Origin: Octopus sinensis
Lineage: Eukaryota
NCBI RefSeq assembly: GCF_006345805.1
Contig: NC_042999.1
Coordinates: forward strand, 141,174,001 to 141,238,000
Direction: 5' to 3'
Length of the DNA: 64,000 bases
This document shows, piece after piece, positions 25,144 through 39,150 of the stretch (positions within the stretch are counted from its first letter, which is position 1; every line of letters begins with the position of its first letter). A program made the position numbers and the translations under genes. The notes below the pieces were generated by a model, which was not told where the DNA came from, searched no databases, and saw nothing but the letters and a program-made list of their open reading frames with translations.

Positions 25144-27512
25144 GAAACAAAAGCTTCTTCCATTGTTGTATCAGAGGAACAGCACATTTTTTTCATGGTA
25201 TATTTAGGCATGTAGATAAGATCGGATGGGGCCACCACCTCTTCTGAGTATCCACAGATGTTGAACCCAGCACCACAATTACTATTTGCATTGTTATACA
25301 TACAGACAACTACTAAATATGTGTTATAACGCGTAACATTTTGTCAGATTGCAATAAAATTATGAAGCTTCACTTGGTGCCTATTGCTTTATTGATTTAA
25401 CTATCAGTAACTTTTTTCTTATGAGTATACCAAGATATAATTACTTGAATTAGTATCCTCCACATTCTGGACTCTATGATGGTATATGTTCTGTTTTATC
25501 AGATGGTGAACTTAACTGACCTTTGACTGGTTATATTTCTGCCAAATATATATTCATAGTGATCAGTGATCATTTGTAATTGTATTTGTGTAGTTGTATC
25601 TGTAGATTATATCAACAAACCCTCATGAACTACCAATTTGCATCAAACATGACTTTCCTTTCCCACTTTACTCTAGCTATATTTTAGTATAAAGGAGCTA
25701 TCATATGTCTGCAAAACTGCTGCTTCTTACCACTTACTGCTGCTGATTGATGGGGGAAGTAGTGACACTCACAGCTTACAACATGAAAAATAGCAACAAC
25801 GAAAATTCTAAGTCCTCAACTGAATCTGTCCTTCATCAACACTTTATTATTGATTTCTTACATAGGCCCAAGGCATTTGATCAATAGAGTAGGTGAGATG
25901 TTGTGACCTTCAAGCAGTTTTTGAGGCTGTAAATGAAATGATATTACTTTAATTGAAAATTGAAACTGGGTCATACATTCAGCTTTATTTCTCTTGTACC
26001 ATTGAATCAATCACCCAGTTGGATTACTTAGGCCATTGAATAAAGCAAAAATAAAATGATTTCCCTTTTCCTACACCTAAAAACTATCAAGCATTTTTTC
26101 AATGATTAAATTGCTTCTCTCTTTCATATAGGTTCCATCTAATATATTTACAGTCATAAGATGCTATAGCCATCATAGCAAATAACTACATGCAAGAGTA
26201 ATAATTTCCACAAACCACTATTATGTCTTGCTGATATCCGTTTTATATCATATCAAGAGTTGCTTTGATATGCAAGGGATTTAGCTGTTCTACTTAGGGA
26301 ACCAAATGATTGCTTTAAAACAATAATAGAAGTAGAAACACTAAAATGTTCTACTTTGGAAAAGCATTATAACATTGTGTGCATTGATACTTCAAAGAAT
26401 TACTCTGTTGACTCTGTCAAGGAATTACACAAGATTCTTTGCATTTTGTTATATTTCTGCACTAAGTATTTTGGTCAACATTTTGGATTCATCATAGTTT
26501 TGACCTTTTTTTTTAATTCTATTTCCTAGAATAACTCTAACCACTCTAACCATTGATTCAATGTATAGAAAGCCAAACCAATAGATGAACCTGGCTTTAA
26601 AATTGAATACTCAACAAAATAGTGCTATTTAAAAAGAGTGTATCCATCCAATATGAAAACATTTAGTACCACCATTTAGCTACCACAGAGTTGTGTTTAT
26701 CTCCATCTTTTCTGGTGTTGCTATTATGGTCTTTGCTTCTATAAGGTTTATGACTATATACTACTTTTACTGAAGCTCACCTGCCTCACTTATCTCCCTT
26801 CCTTTTGTTACCCTTATTAAATTTTTGTTTCTAGTCCCAGCTCTAGAAATTTTACCCACAAGTACCTGTAAAAGCTATATGCACTACTTTTCTTCCATAG
26901 ACTAATTAAAAAAAAACTTATTCACTTTTTCCTTTTTCTTGTTTTTTTTCTTTAAATTCTATTTCTTATTAAAACAATCAAAATTCTATTTCTTATTAAA
27001 ACAGACAAAAATTTATTTCCATTAAATTCAGTCTGATAACTTGTTTTCTTTTTTGCATCTAACCTTTCAGTTATTCACTTGACGCTAGTATATGCATTTT
27101 ATATTTGCAACTGCTGCTGTGGCTGTATCTTTGCTGGGATATTAACATATAAATCTGAACAGAAAGCTTTCACTTGGAATAATTTTTTTTATGTTCCTCT
27201 TCTACTATCAATGTATAGAATAACTTTTTATTATTTTCATTGGGAGGGTGGATTTTTATCTTTTTACAGAGATTTCACTATTATGTCGTTAAACAAAAAT
27301 TCTTAACATTGCTTCATCCTTTGTTGTTTCTATTATAAGTTCAACATTTACAAATCACCACCTAATTTAGTATAAAATTACCATTTACTCTTCATAGTTT
27401 ACCAATTTATCTTTCCAATATTTGATAGTTTACTAGATAAATAGCTGTCATTATTGGCTTTAGTCTTCTTATCCTAACATATTATCTATGTATCGGCTCT
27501 CTCTCTCTCTCT

Positions 27513-27547
<35 letters not shown>

Positions 27548-27726
27548 GCACACATATACATGTTAAATAATTATTTCTTTTACTTGACTGTTGATGGTGA
27601 ACAGAGAAATGCTCCCAGTAAGTAGAGTTTACAAAATGGTTTCAATTCCTCACTGAGCTTTTTCATTTCGGTGGAATCATTAATGACACTGAAAAATCAT
27701 GAACATCATGCAATTTTTACTTCCTA

Positions 27727-28496
27727 TCATCATCATCATTATTTAATGTCCATTTTCCATGCTAGCATGGGTTGGACGGTTTGACCGGGGTCTGGTAAGC
27801 CATGGAGGCTGCACCAGGCTCCAGTCTGATTTGGCAGTGTTTCTACAGCTGGATGCCCTTCCTAACGCCAACCACTATGTGAGTGTAGTGGGTGTTTTTT
27901 ACTTGCCACCAGCACAGGGGCCAGAGCAGGCTGGCAAATGGCCATGATCGGTTGGTGCTTTTATGTGTCACCGACATGGACGCCAGTCAGGTGGCGCTGG
28001 CATCTGCCACGTTTGGACGGTGCTTTTTATGTGTCACCATCACGGGTGTCTTAACTACAATTTCCATTTGAATTTTTATTTTGATGTTGATCTACTTGAC
28101 TCAATAGGTCTCCTCAAGAACAGCGGGTCACTCTACAATCCAAGGTTAGCACAGCAGGCCATCATTTCATTTGTTGGGTCTTCGAAGTCACAGTATATCT
28201 CCAGAGGTCTCGGTCTTTCGTCATAGCCTCTGTGAGACTCAAAGCACAAAGGTCATGCATGACCACCTGGTCCCATGTCTTCCTAGGTCTACCTCTACCC
28301 CGGATTCCTTCAACAGTTTGGGAGTGGCACTTCTTCACACATCTCTCCTCATCCATCCGTAGTACATGACCATACCAACACAATCGTCTCTCCTGCACAC
28401 TGCATCCAATGCTTCTTATGCCCAACATTTCTCACAGGGCGCTTACACTCTATCATGCATGGACACTGACATTACACATCCAGTGGATCATGCTAG
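27727..28496 (-). mobile_element. RTE LINE 3' fragment, same family as 16094-19096
   Basis: RRLCWYGHVLRMDEERCVKKC...GRGRPRKTW; 3' UTR and (GAT)n tail align with 18280-19096. Confidence 0.88.
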
Positions 28497-28984
28497 AAAC
28501 AATTTCTGCACCCCGTTTACATCTAAGGTCTTGTATACTAAATCAAACCAAAAAGATAAAGAATAAGTATTTATCACATCCATTAGTACAAAACAGTGAA
28601 TGTCTGTACTTTTGATAATCAGCCATATACATCAAAGAATTGTCAGACCTAATTAATTTATAGGAAATTGGTGTTAGTATGACATCAGCAGTGTAAGTGA
28701 AATAAAAAAGTTGTACAATTTGGAATGAAAACCAAGCTGGGATAAGAGACAAGCTTCTGAGAAGAATACTTCCAACTCACCATGACATAACCAATTTGTA
28801 AGAATAATCATCACAGCTTCAGTTCATGAATATTATATCAATGAATGTTAGAAACTATAATTCTGTTATTTCCAAAAAGTTAGAAACCAATATTATGTCA
28901 ATGAGAATTCCATCATGTTTTGTATGTATGTCCATCTTACAGTGTCTGTGTTTTCTCTTAGATTCAGTATTCATTTTATTGAAG

Positions 28985-29190
28985 GTAGTGAACTGATAGA
29001 AATGGTTGAGGACCAGAGAAGATTACTTGCACAGTTTATTTTCATTTCATTATGTCCTTGAGTTCAAATCTAACCTGGATCGACTTTGCCATTCATTCCT
29101 CATGAATCAATATAGTAAATTCCAAACATGTGAGGATAAATTCTGTTGGCTGTATCCCACTTCCACTAATAAACATATGGCTTTGTACTG
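28985..29190 (+). mobile_element. SINE family A copy
   Basis: ggtagtgaactgatagaaatggtt...gagttcaaatctaacctggatcgactttgccattcattcc. Confidence 0.65.
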
Positions 29191-29287
29191 ATGTAAGAAA
29201 TTCTTAATTTTATTTGACTAGCACTGGTCTTTTTTCAACCATTCTATGTATGCTTGCTTTTGAATAATATAATTTCATTTTCTTTTA

Positions 29288-30630
29288 TCATCATTATCAT
29301 CATTTAGCATTCATTTTCCACGTTGGCATGGGTTGGACAGTTCAGCAGGAACTGGCAAGTCAGAAGACTGCATCAATCTCTGATATCTGCTTTGGTATGG
29401 TTTCTATGGCTGGATGCCCTTCTTAATGCCAACCACTTTACAGAGTGTATTGCATGCTGTTTATGTGGCACCAGCACCAGTGAGGTTGCCAAGTAACTTG
29501 CAAGACAAGTCTCTGCAACTAAGGTGGGAGTAATATTGAGGGAGAGAAAAAGGACTTTTACAATAGAAGGGAAACATGGCTACCTCAGATGGGAAGAGAG
29601 TGGAAAGAGAGAGAGAAGAGTGAGAGAGAGGAGAGAGAAAAGATGATGAAGATGTAATAGGGTGGCCATTTACCCAAGATACAGCAAGGTGTATATAATG
29701 AAGTGGAGCCAAGACTGGAGAGAGCAAGTGGGTTGCTGAGTTCAAGAGATTGCAAAAGGAGAGTGGTAGATAGAGTGAGGGAATGTAATGAGTGAGCACA
29801 AGTAGAGGGAGGGGATATTAGGAAGATATAATGTAAGGAAGAGATACCACAGGGACTTATTATGTGGAGGTAGGTACATGAGGAAGAGTGAAGGAGGATA
29901 GAGCAGAGGGGTGGGGAGGGAGCTGTGGGAGAGATTTGTTTGGGAGGCAGACTGTGTGCAGGAGAGGAAGGGCATGGACATAAAGGACATGCCTTTATGA
30001 CCTCGATTTTACTTAGCTGGACATGTTTTCTGAAGCACAGCAAATTACCAATTGTCTCAGTCCTTTGTCCTCTCCTCTGTGAGACTCAACATTTGAAGAT
30101 CATTTCTCATCACTTCATTTTCCATGGCTTCCTGGGTCTTCCACTTCCACAGGTTTCCTCCACATTTAGAAATCAGTACTTCTTTATGCAGCTGTCCACA
30201 TCCATGTACATCACATGACCATACAAGTGCAGCTTTCTCTCTTTCACACTACATTTGATTCCTCTTATGCCTGATTTTTCTCTGAAAACATTTATATTTG
30301 TCATACATGCAAACTAACATTGCACATCCAATAGAGCATGTTGGCTTCATTCCTTTCAAGCTTTTACATGTCCTCTGCAGTCACAACCCGCGTTTCACTA
30401 TAATATAGTATAACTGACCTTACACAGGCATCCTACAATCTGCCTTTCATGTTTAGAGAGAAGCTCTTTGCTACCAACAAAGGTAATAGCTATCTGAACT
30501 TTGCCCAGCCAATTCAGATAGCTGGGCAAAGTTCAGATAGCTTTCAGAACAACCTCCTCTGCTACTAATTTGATCATCTACGTAATGGAAACTATGTGCT
30601 ACATCTAAGGATCTCCTGGATATTTGAGGA
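29288..30630 (-). mobile_element. RTE LINE 3' fragment with a ~550-bp purine-rich (on +) segment at 29480-30030
   Basis: RTE 3' tail motif at 29400-29440; C-terminal ORF remnants at 30040-30630. Confidence 0.72.
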
Positions 30631-33600
30631 AGTTTGAAATTACTTTATCTTACATATAATCTGTTCTTGCCACTAGCTACAGGAATAATGTTCACATAAA
30701 AAGCACAGTCAATTACTTCAACCTTAAAATATTACTAATACTTAACTTTTTGGTTCTGGAAGAATGTAAGTCAACCCTAGTCAGGTTTGAAGTCAAAACA
30801 TAAAGTGATAAATTCAGACATTAAATTTGCTGTTCTTCTCTCTTCAATCAATTCACTTCTGTCAGCTCCAAAGATTCATTTATTTGTATAGCTGTTAATT
30901 AAATCACTTACTTGAGCAATTATACAAGGTTATTTGAGAAAAAACACCTAACAACCTAACAAATTGGTATCAGATTTCATAGGATCACAAACATTGAGAC
31001 AAGAGATAAGATAATTTTTCATATACTAAATATTAAGTTTCCTGGCAAATACATGAAGTAATGAAAAATTAGACAAGTTAGAGGACATTGCAATATGCAA
31101 TGTTATGCAGAAGGAGAACATATTTCATCTATGCCTATTTTGCTCAATTACTCACATTAAAAGCAAACATATTAGATTGTTCTCTTATATTTTGACATAT
31201 TCTTACGTTTCTATGCTTTTTGTAAAATGGAGCTAAATCACCATAGAAAATCTAATAATCAATAAATAATTATGCACAATCCAGCGTGTAATAGAAAATC
31301 TAAGATAAATTCAAAGTAAACTACAAATTATTTAATTCTCACCACCAACAAATGCATGATAGGTAAATCAGTCTTTGCCAATATAGCAAAATTCTAGTTT
31401 ATAATAAGTTTAAATAGAAATTTGTGGTAAGCATTCTGTGTATGCAGGGAATGAGGGAATACATATCTTCTGATGAGGCAATCTCCTTTATTTTTCCAGC
31501 ATATGAAGAGAATAGCAAGATGTATGCAAATCCTTAAATTTCTACTGTGCAAGGTTTGGCATCTTTAGTTTGACTACTTCCAGTTTGTCTTAGGTTTCCT
31601 AATACAAGCTGTGTTATGTATGTATGTGAATGTGTGTGTGTGCATGCATATGTGCATGGATGCACTCACTTTATTTTGCTGCCCATCCTTTTAAATTGCT
31701 TTAACAGAATCTATAATGTTTTCACTATTATGGATTCAGGCAGCAGCTTTGAAATTGAAAGTTAGCTAATGAACTACAGTGTTTAAAGATAACATGGCTG
31801 TATGTTGCAACCATCTTGTAAACAGATATGAATTTGAAATTGTTAAGGTGAAATTTATAAGAATCAGTACAGACAAACATTAAATTACTTTGTTTGTGTT
31901 TATATTCTTCCTTATCAGTCAGCTTTGTTATCAAAAGTATCAACAGATTTCAGAATCTACTTAGTTTAATCATTGAAAAACCATAGAGTGAAGTTATAGG
32001 ATAAGAAATAATTAGTGAGGAATGAAATAGGATTTGTTGTTATTGATCTCAAGGTCCGCTTTGATCCATGATGAAAGGCATTCCAACTGTGATCAACCTG
32101 TTTCTCTTAAAACATATTGTATCTAGAACTACATTATCCAATCTGTTCTTCCTTTAGCAGGTGATGATATAAATTTGAGAGACAAGGTGTGCAACATTGA
32201 GATTATCTGTATATCAGAAGTAACTGATAATCTATATATGTATACATATATACATATGTATGTATGTATGAGAACACGAACTTTGCTTGTACTGATATGT
32301 AATACATGCTTGATGAAGAATTGTTGCAAGTAAACAATAGAGAGTTGATGAGAAAAAAATGCATTGAATTAAAACATGGGCAGAAGTAATTACAATAAAG
32401 TTTGCAAGGTTTTTCATGTGAGAAAATGTAAGATCAAAGAGTATGAAAATGTATTAAAGATCTGTCCAACCCAGAGTTGCTTGATAAAGCACTAATTAAA
32501 TTATTAATGATAAAGAGTTCTTCTACACTTTCTTCTTTCTCACCTCAGTGTTTTTTTTTTATTTTTCCAACACCCAGCTTTCTTCTTCTTCTTCTTCTTC
32601 TTCTTTTTCTTCTTCTTTTTCTTCTTCTTCTTCTTCTTCTTCTCCTCCTCCTCCTCAGCAATTATGTATGTGTGTGTTTGTGTATATTTTTTATGCTTTT
32701 GTGTGTGTGTGTTTGTGTATATATATTTATGTTTGTGTGTGTGTGTTTGTGTACATATTTTTTTTTCTCTAGTTTCAGCTCAGAGCTGCGGCCATGCTGA
32801 TGCACCGCCATTATGTTTGTGTGTGCATTTGTGTATGTGTTTATGTAGAAGTATGGTTGTGTCGTTAAGAAGTTTATTTCCCAATCACATGGTTTTGGGT
32901 TCAGCCCCACTCTGTGATATCTTGAGCAAGTGTTTTCTACCATTGCTCTTGGACATGTTTCGCTCTTATTAGCCTTTCTCAGTACCTCAATAAAGTACAT
33001 CATACTCAGTTGGCAAGAGGAAGAGTGGTTAAAATATATGTACAGAAGTAGAGGGGCTGTTGAGATGCTGGTTATGAATATAAATATTATGGTTGATGTA
33101 AAGTTCCTCAGGAGAGTGTTTATTAAATACAAATAATATGGTAGTTTCTTATTCTTCCCTCTAACATAGCCTTTCTTTCCCTTTCATATACCACATGCAC
33201 ATGCATGCATGCAAACACACACACACATGCACACACACTCCCTGACTCACACTAATTGTTTAGGTCAGTCCAGTTGTCAATCAATAAACACCACACAATG
33301 ATTATTGTTTAAAGCCATCACTTCACTATTGAAAACGTGGTCGATACATTCACCTCTTGAGCTTTTACACTGTAATTATCTTCAACAATATGCACAATAA
33401 CTTAGCACAAACGTTACAGTAAACACATTTCCCTTCTGTATTCAGTTGTGAAATGAACACATTTTGATCAACTTTTTGAACATACTGCTGCTATAATTGT
33501 TAATCTGTGTCTATGTAATTCTGTCTAGTTATAATGAGTTTCTTCATTTTATGTCAGTAACCTGCTTGGTCGTAGAAGCAAAGTAGAAGCATTATCTTTT

Positions 33601-34959
33601 CATACAGTGAATATTTTTCTTTGGTAAATCAGTGTGAGGAGCATCACCACTCTCACTAATCTGTAAACTTTTAAACTCATTGCTATAGACTAACAGACTG
33701 CTCTTTGGATATAGAGTTCAGCAAGGTAGAGATGTAAAATAACATAGCTGAGTGAATAGAGTATTGGACTCCTCATCAACTGAAATTCACATTTTGTTTT
33801 TGTTATTTTTGTGTGGTTTAGCTTTCTTCAAATACTCCTATGATCAAAGCATTTCAGTAATGATTAACTTTTGTTTAAATCAGTTGGTCCAGATATGAGA
33901 GAGATTTATCTGCTATTCCTAACAAGATAAAATTATCATGTAGACATTCCCCCATTTACTCAAAAGGGATTTTATTGTGTTTCTGGGCAAGACATTTTAT
34001 TCTGCATTACCTATTTCACTTAACTGACAGGAGTATATACCATATCAACTGGGAATATTACTTGCAATACATCAGCAATCTATCTAGGGAGGTATTTATC
34101 TCTCAACTACTTCACAATATGTGACTAGTAACTTGGGCACCAGTTCAAAATTTACCCTTGGAACATAGGGAACGTTTAAATACATATTAAACTTACCACA
34201 GTCATCTGAACTGTTTAAATGTAATGTGCCTTTTGAACAGATCTTTGAAGATTTTCTTCAAGTAGGGTATTTAAGATAAATCAGCCTCACACAATTCTCT
34301 CTACTAAAGTGTAGTATTCTTATGTGTACTAAGCTATACACATAGGAGCACTGCACTCTAGCAAAATACTCATCAATTATCGTTTACTCCTGTAAGCAAA
34401 TAAACTCTGTTATGTCTTGTTATATGTTAAGTCAGTAGGCTCCATCTTTATGATCACAGAAATATTTGAATGAAGCTCTGCAAGCTAATAAAAGACTTAT
34501 CAAAAATACATTCCTTATGCAGTAAGCTATGCTTCTCCATAGTACCTACTTATTATTGGGAAACATAAATTGGTTTACCATGAGGATGCAGAAAAGTCTA
34601 ATGTTTCAAGCAGTGCATATTTATATCATGGGACTCTAGACCATCCAAATAAATATTTTTACTGGGAACACTGAGATAATTAGTTACTCATTACTAACAT
34701 TTATAGTGAAAATTGCTACTACTATCATCATTGCAATCATGTAACAATCACATCAGTGTTGCTTAACCAACCTTTTAACTTGTAAACTATCAATTCAACC
34801 AATTGACACTGAGTTATAGTGACTCCACTGTAGACTTCACACACACATACACACACACACTTACATGCATATATATATATATATTTATATATACACACTA
34901 TGAAGTTGCAATATTTTCACCAATTTCCCAGTCATGCTCTTTATCTACTATGCTGCTGT

Positions 34960-35412
34960 CAACTTTAATAGCTGGTTCTTTGTGGGGCTAGCATGAAGTA
35001 GCCCCTCTTTAACCTCTGTATTCAGCAGATTCGCATCATAACACTTCCACACCACTTTCTTCTCTTCTATATTGATGGCAAATATACTTTCATCATTCCA
35101 GATTTTCTTCTCACCAATGATATCTCGGTTCTCTTTCACACGATGTCTCACAGTCTGTAACATTTCATGCCTCTGATCTTCACATTGCAAGACATGTGTA
35201 AATTTCTTCATTTCTGCTTCACCCTTTGCCAGATATATCTGTCAACTAATTACCCTTCTGCCATTTGGTGATGCTCCCTACTACCATCTTCCTTCAGGTT
35301 TTCCAAGCCTGTCTCTTAGCCTTTACTGCCCTCTCAACCATACCATTCCACCATCATGTTACTTCCTTCAGCTAGCACTTTGCTCCAGTCACATGTGTAA
35401 TCTGTAGTTACA
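34960..35412 (-). mobile_element. RTE LINE internal fragment
   Basis: AVKAKRQAWK...EDQRHEMLQ..RHRVKENRDIIGEK, homologous to 16150-16450. Confidence 0.7.
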
Positions 35413-35487
35413 GCAAGTTATTTTGTAGAAATTCTCCATTTTCTTCTATGCATTTTACATGTATATATATGTAAATGTATGTATGTA

Positions 35488-35547
<60 letters not shown>

Positions 35548-35855
35548 TTCTCTCTCTTTCTCTCACACACACATACATGTATTTTAATTAGCAGTAGGTT
35601 ATAAAAGCCAAGTTTTATGCACAACACTTAACAAAGTTGGTAAATGCCACATACCAAAACTATGTATGTATATATGTGCGTGACTGTGTGGTAAGAAGCT
35701 TGCTTCCCAACCACGTGGCTCTAGGTTCAGTCCCCCTGTGTGGTACTTTGAACAAGTGTCTTTTACTATTGCCTTAAACTAACCAAACCTTCAAGTGGAT
35801 TTGGTAAACAAAAACCAAATGAAGCCTTTTTTTGTGTATGTGCACACACACACAC

Positions 35856-35899
<44 letters not shown>

Positions 35900-35930
35900 A
35901 TATATATATATACACATATATATATATCAT

Positions 35931-36095
35931 CATCATCTTCATCATCATCATTTAACATCCACTTTCCATGCTGGCATGGCTTGGACGGTTTGACTGCAGA
36001 CTAGCAAGCCAGATGGCTATACCAGGCTCCAATCTGATCTGGAAGAGTTTCTACAGCTGGATGCCCTTCTTAATGCCAACCACTCCGAGAGTGTA
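35931..36095 (-). mobile_element. RTE-type 3' end fragment
   Basis: catcatttaacatccactttccatgctggcatgg...tacagctggatgccctt, matching the 3' ends of the other RTE copies. Confidence 0.7.
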
Positions 36096-36613
36096 TATAT
36101 GTATATATATGTATATGCATATGTGTGCATATTATTGTCTCCTTGCCTTGACATTGTATGGTTGTTGTAAATGAGCATCACCATCATGCAGTTAGTGTCC
36201 TTCATTTATAATATTCTATGAATACATGTCTTGTTGTGGAGAAATATTACCTTACTTGGAAACAGGTGAGGATTGGTGGCAGGAAAGGCATCTAGCGATA
36301 GAAAACCTGCTACAACAAAATATATATATATATACATGTCATTATTTATTTTTGTATATGTTATATTATTTATTTTATATTATTTATTTTTGTATATGTT
36401 AAACTTAAATATTGACTTGGATAGTCATGACAAATCGTTAGAATAAAAAAGCCAGCACCAAGTAAAACATAAACCCACATCACATGGAAAGCAATTTGGT
36501 ACTTTTGCTAATTGTGTTATTATCTTTCAAATAATTTTTGCATCAAATATATTACCATAAATATCTACCAGTTATTTATCTTTTTAAATATTTTCATTTA
36601 TTCATATTTACAG

Positions 36614-36741
36614 ATCAGCCTCACCATACAATGGCTTTATGATACTCAATCGCCTTGAACCAAATAATCTTATTGAACCAATCACCAAGGATTTAGAGTT
36701 TCAGCTTCATGATCCATTTTTGCTTTACCGGACTGCTAATG
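36614..36741 (+). CDS. DCP1: Internal coding exon of mRNA-decapping enzyme subunit DCP1 (EVH1/WH1-like domain)
   Basis: Acceptor ttcatatttacag| and donor |gtatgt. Translation (R)SASPYNGFMILNRLEPNNLIEPITKDLEFQLHDPFLLYRTAN matches, from memory, human DCP1A RSASPYHGFTIVNRLNMHNLVEPVNKDLEFQLHEPFLLYRNAS at roughly 30 of 43 residues. No stops. Phase 2 start, phase 1 end. Confidence 0.93.
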
Positions 36742-38229
36742 GTATGTTCTATCTTCATTTTTAGTTGCTCATACTTATACTAACTGCTGAACCTATGGTA
36801 AATTAACTCTACTGTTTGACTGAATGCTTTGACCATTGGATGGATTACTTAATATGGCAATCAACTGCACTGACTTTTGAATGCCTTGTAATTTTATGTA
36901 CTTGCAGGCTGAATGGTCGGGTGATTGACTTAACTTAATAGTGAATGCTGTAACGATTTATTGAACTGGCTGCTGAATGCTAGGGCAATTGCTGAACTGG
37001 CTACTGAATGTTACACTTGGCTAGACCAGTCGTTAAATACTCTATTATTCTTGTTATTGTTTAGCCCAGATCAAGGAGACCTATAATGAAAGACATTCCA
37101 GCCATGAACATCTGGCCTTTGTTTTTATCAAAACTGTATTTAGGACAATATCCTCCATTATTTCCCTCCTTTGTTTGTTTGTTTTAAGACAATAAGGTGT
37201 GATTTGATGAAAACGATAAGGTGAGAATTGTGGTTGAATGACCATGTAAAGGCTCTCTCATGGGCTTGTTAAATGCCTTGTTATTTGTAATGGCAGCATT
37301 AGTAGGAGGGGCTTCTTTGGCAAACAAATGATAGCTTCATAATAGAAATGTTGGAAATTTAACAGATTTTCATTTGATAGATATTTCGTTGTTATACATT
37401 TTAATAGGCCTATTTATTACCTTTATTATAGCTATTCTGTATCTCATGAACTATCAGTTTTATATCTTAAATAATCTGCTTTGGGTGGATAAAACTGCCA
37501 ATATTTCAAAAGCTAGAAATTTCACAAAAACATATTTTCTCTGCAAGATAGTAAATGTGGGATCAATATATGAGACTGATAATCTGTTTGACTTGAAGTT
37601 AACAGATAAGTTATAGATTTTGATAAAATATTTTGAGCATTCTGCATATGTACATACAGTGACCCAAATCCAATACAGATCAAAGATTGTAAGCCAATGT
37701 TGTTTCTTGACATTTTAAAAGTAAACTATATGATACAAATTTTATCACATACGCCTTATATTTGGCACTCAACTATTGCATGATGCTTTCCAATTTTTAC
37801 AAATAAAAAAAGAAAATTGTAGGGTCCATATCTTTGTGCATGTATACTATAAGCTTGCCGCTAATTAAATCTGTCTGTTTACAATTCCATCTGTAGCTGT
37901 TTCAATTTACTTGCACTGCTAATGCCATTAGGAAATACATGTATTTTACAGTTTCTGTTTCCCTGAAGTTAGAAAGTCAAATCATGTGTTGATAAATAAT
38001 ATATCTGGTCATGAAAAGTCAAGCAATTGACTCTATTGCAGTGGCATATATATAACTAGATTTCTCTTGGCTTAGAATAACAATTTCCGTTTGATTCAGT
38101 GATTCCTCCATATGTTGATGTCTTTGATAACTGAGTGGAAAAGGGGAGGGTTTTGTTGTTGTATCTTGCATTCTTTATGTTTTTGGGGTTTCCTTTTTTT
38201 CAACTTATTCATTTGACTTTAAAATGTCC

Positions 38230-38720
38230 TTTCTGCTGTTAGAATGATACCAGTCAATGTGATTCTGAACTTCATTTTCCTATGTCTCAATTGTCAATTA
38301 CAGCCATTTTGTCTCAATTACAGCCATTTTGAAAATTGACTTTAGTTGGTCTTTGTAATTGTGGAAAGGACATCCTTGATATCTTATTTTTCTTGGTAGT
38401 TAATTCACTGAAAAGGATTTGATGAAGAAATCTGTCTTCTTTCATTCTAGCCACATGTACTAATCATAGTATCTGGTGTTTTATTATGACTGATTTTATG
38501 TTTTGACTGTTAGCTTTTTCTTGGACAGCATTGTTGATTATGTAGTCTTCTTATGATTGGTGTTCCAATCATAAAGTGTTTGTTTCACAACCATAAATTA
38601 ATGTTGAGATGATTTTTGAGTTATATGTTCATTCTTAAATAATTGTTTTGCTAGTTTATTGACTGATCCAATTTTCCATTCCACATCCTTTTTAAAGTAC
38701 ATTTGTTGAAAAGAAGATCT
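38230..38720 (-). mobile_element. Highly decayed RTE/BovB-like LINE fragment
   Basis: TLIYGCET..., HVARMKEDRFLHQILFSEL on the minus strand with stops and frameshifts. Confidence 0.55.
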
Positions 38721-38997
38721 CCACTTTCTATATATATAAGTGTGTGTGTCTCTTTGTGTTTATCACTTCCTTTGCTTAATGACCTATGTTGGTTTAATCA
38801 TGTCTCTGTAACTTAATGGTTCATACACACACACAAGTAAGCACATAGATGCAAAACAAGGTAGAAAAATACTACTTGAATACCAAAGATAGAGTAGTAT
38901 ACTATTTTTAAAAAAAAACAAAACAAATCTTGTACATATATGTATATTTATGTATATATGCACTCACACATACATTTGGTGCAATTTAAAATTTAAA

Positions 38998-38999
<2 letters not shown>

Positions 39000-39057
<58 letters not shown>

Positions 39058-39076
39058 TCACTCACACACACACTCA

Positions 39077-39130
<54 letters not shown>

Positions 39131-39150
39131 TGCACACACGCACACACACA
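39000..39150. repeat. (CT)n(CA)n microsatellite, representative of dozens in the window
   Basis: Directly visible. Others include (ATT)n 2990-3042, (TAA)n 6105-6160, (CAT)n 49055-49140 and (GATA)n 62648-62705. Confidence 0.95.

Noticed and set aside
27079-27306. 75-aa ORF with CNCCCGC
   Set aside because: Non-ATG start, AT-rich composition, no recognisable family and no convincing splice sites.
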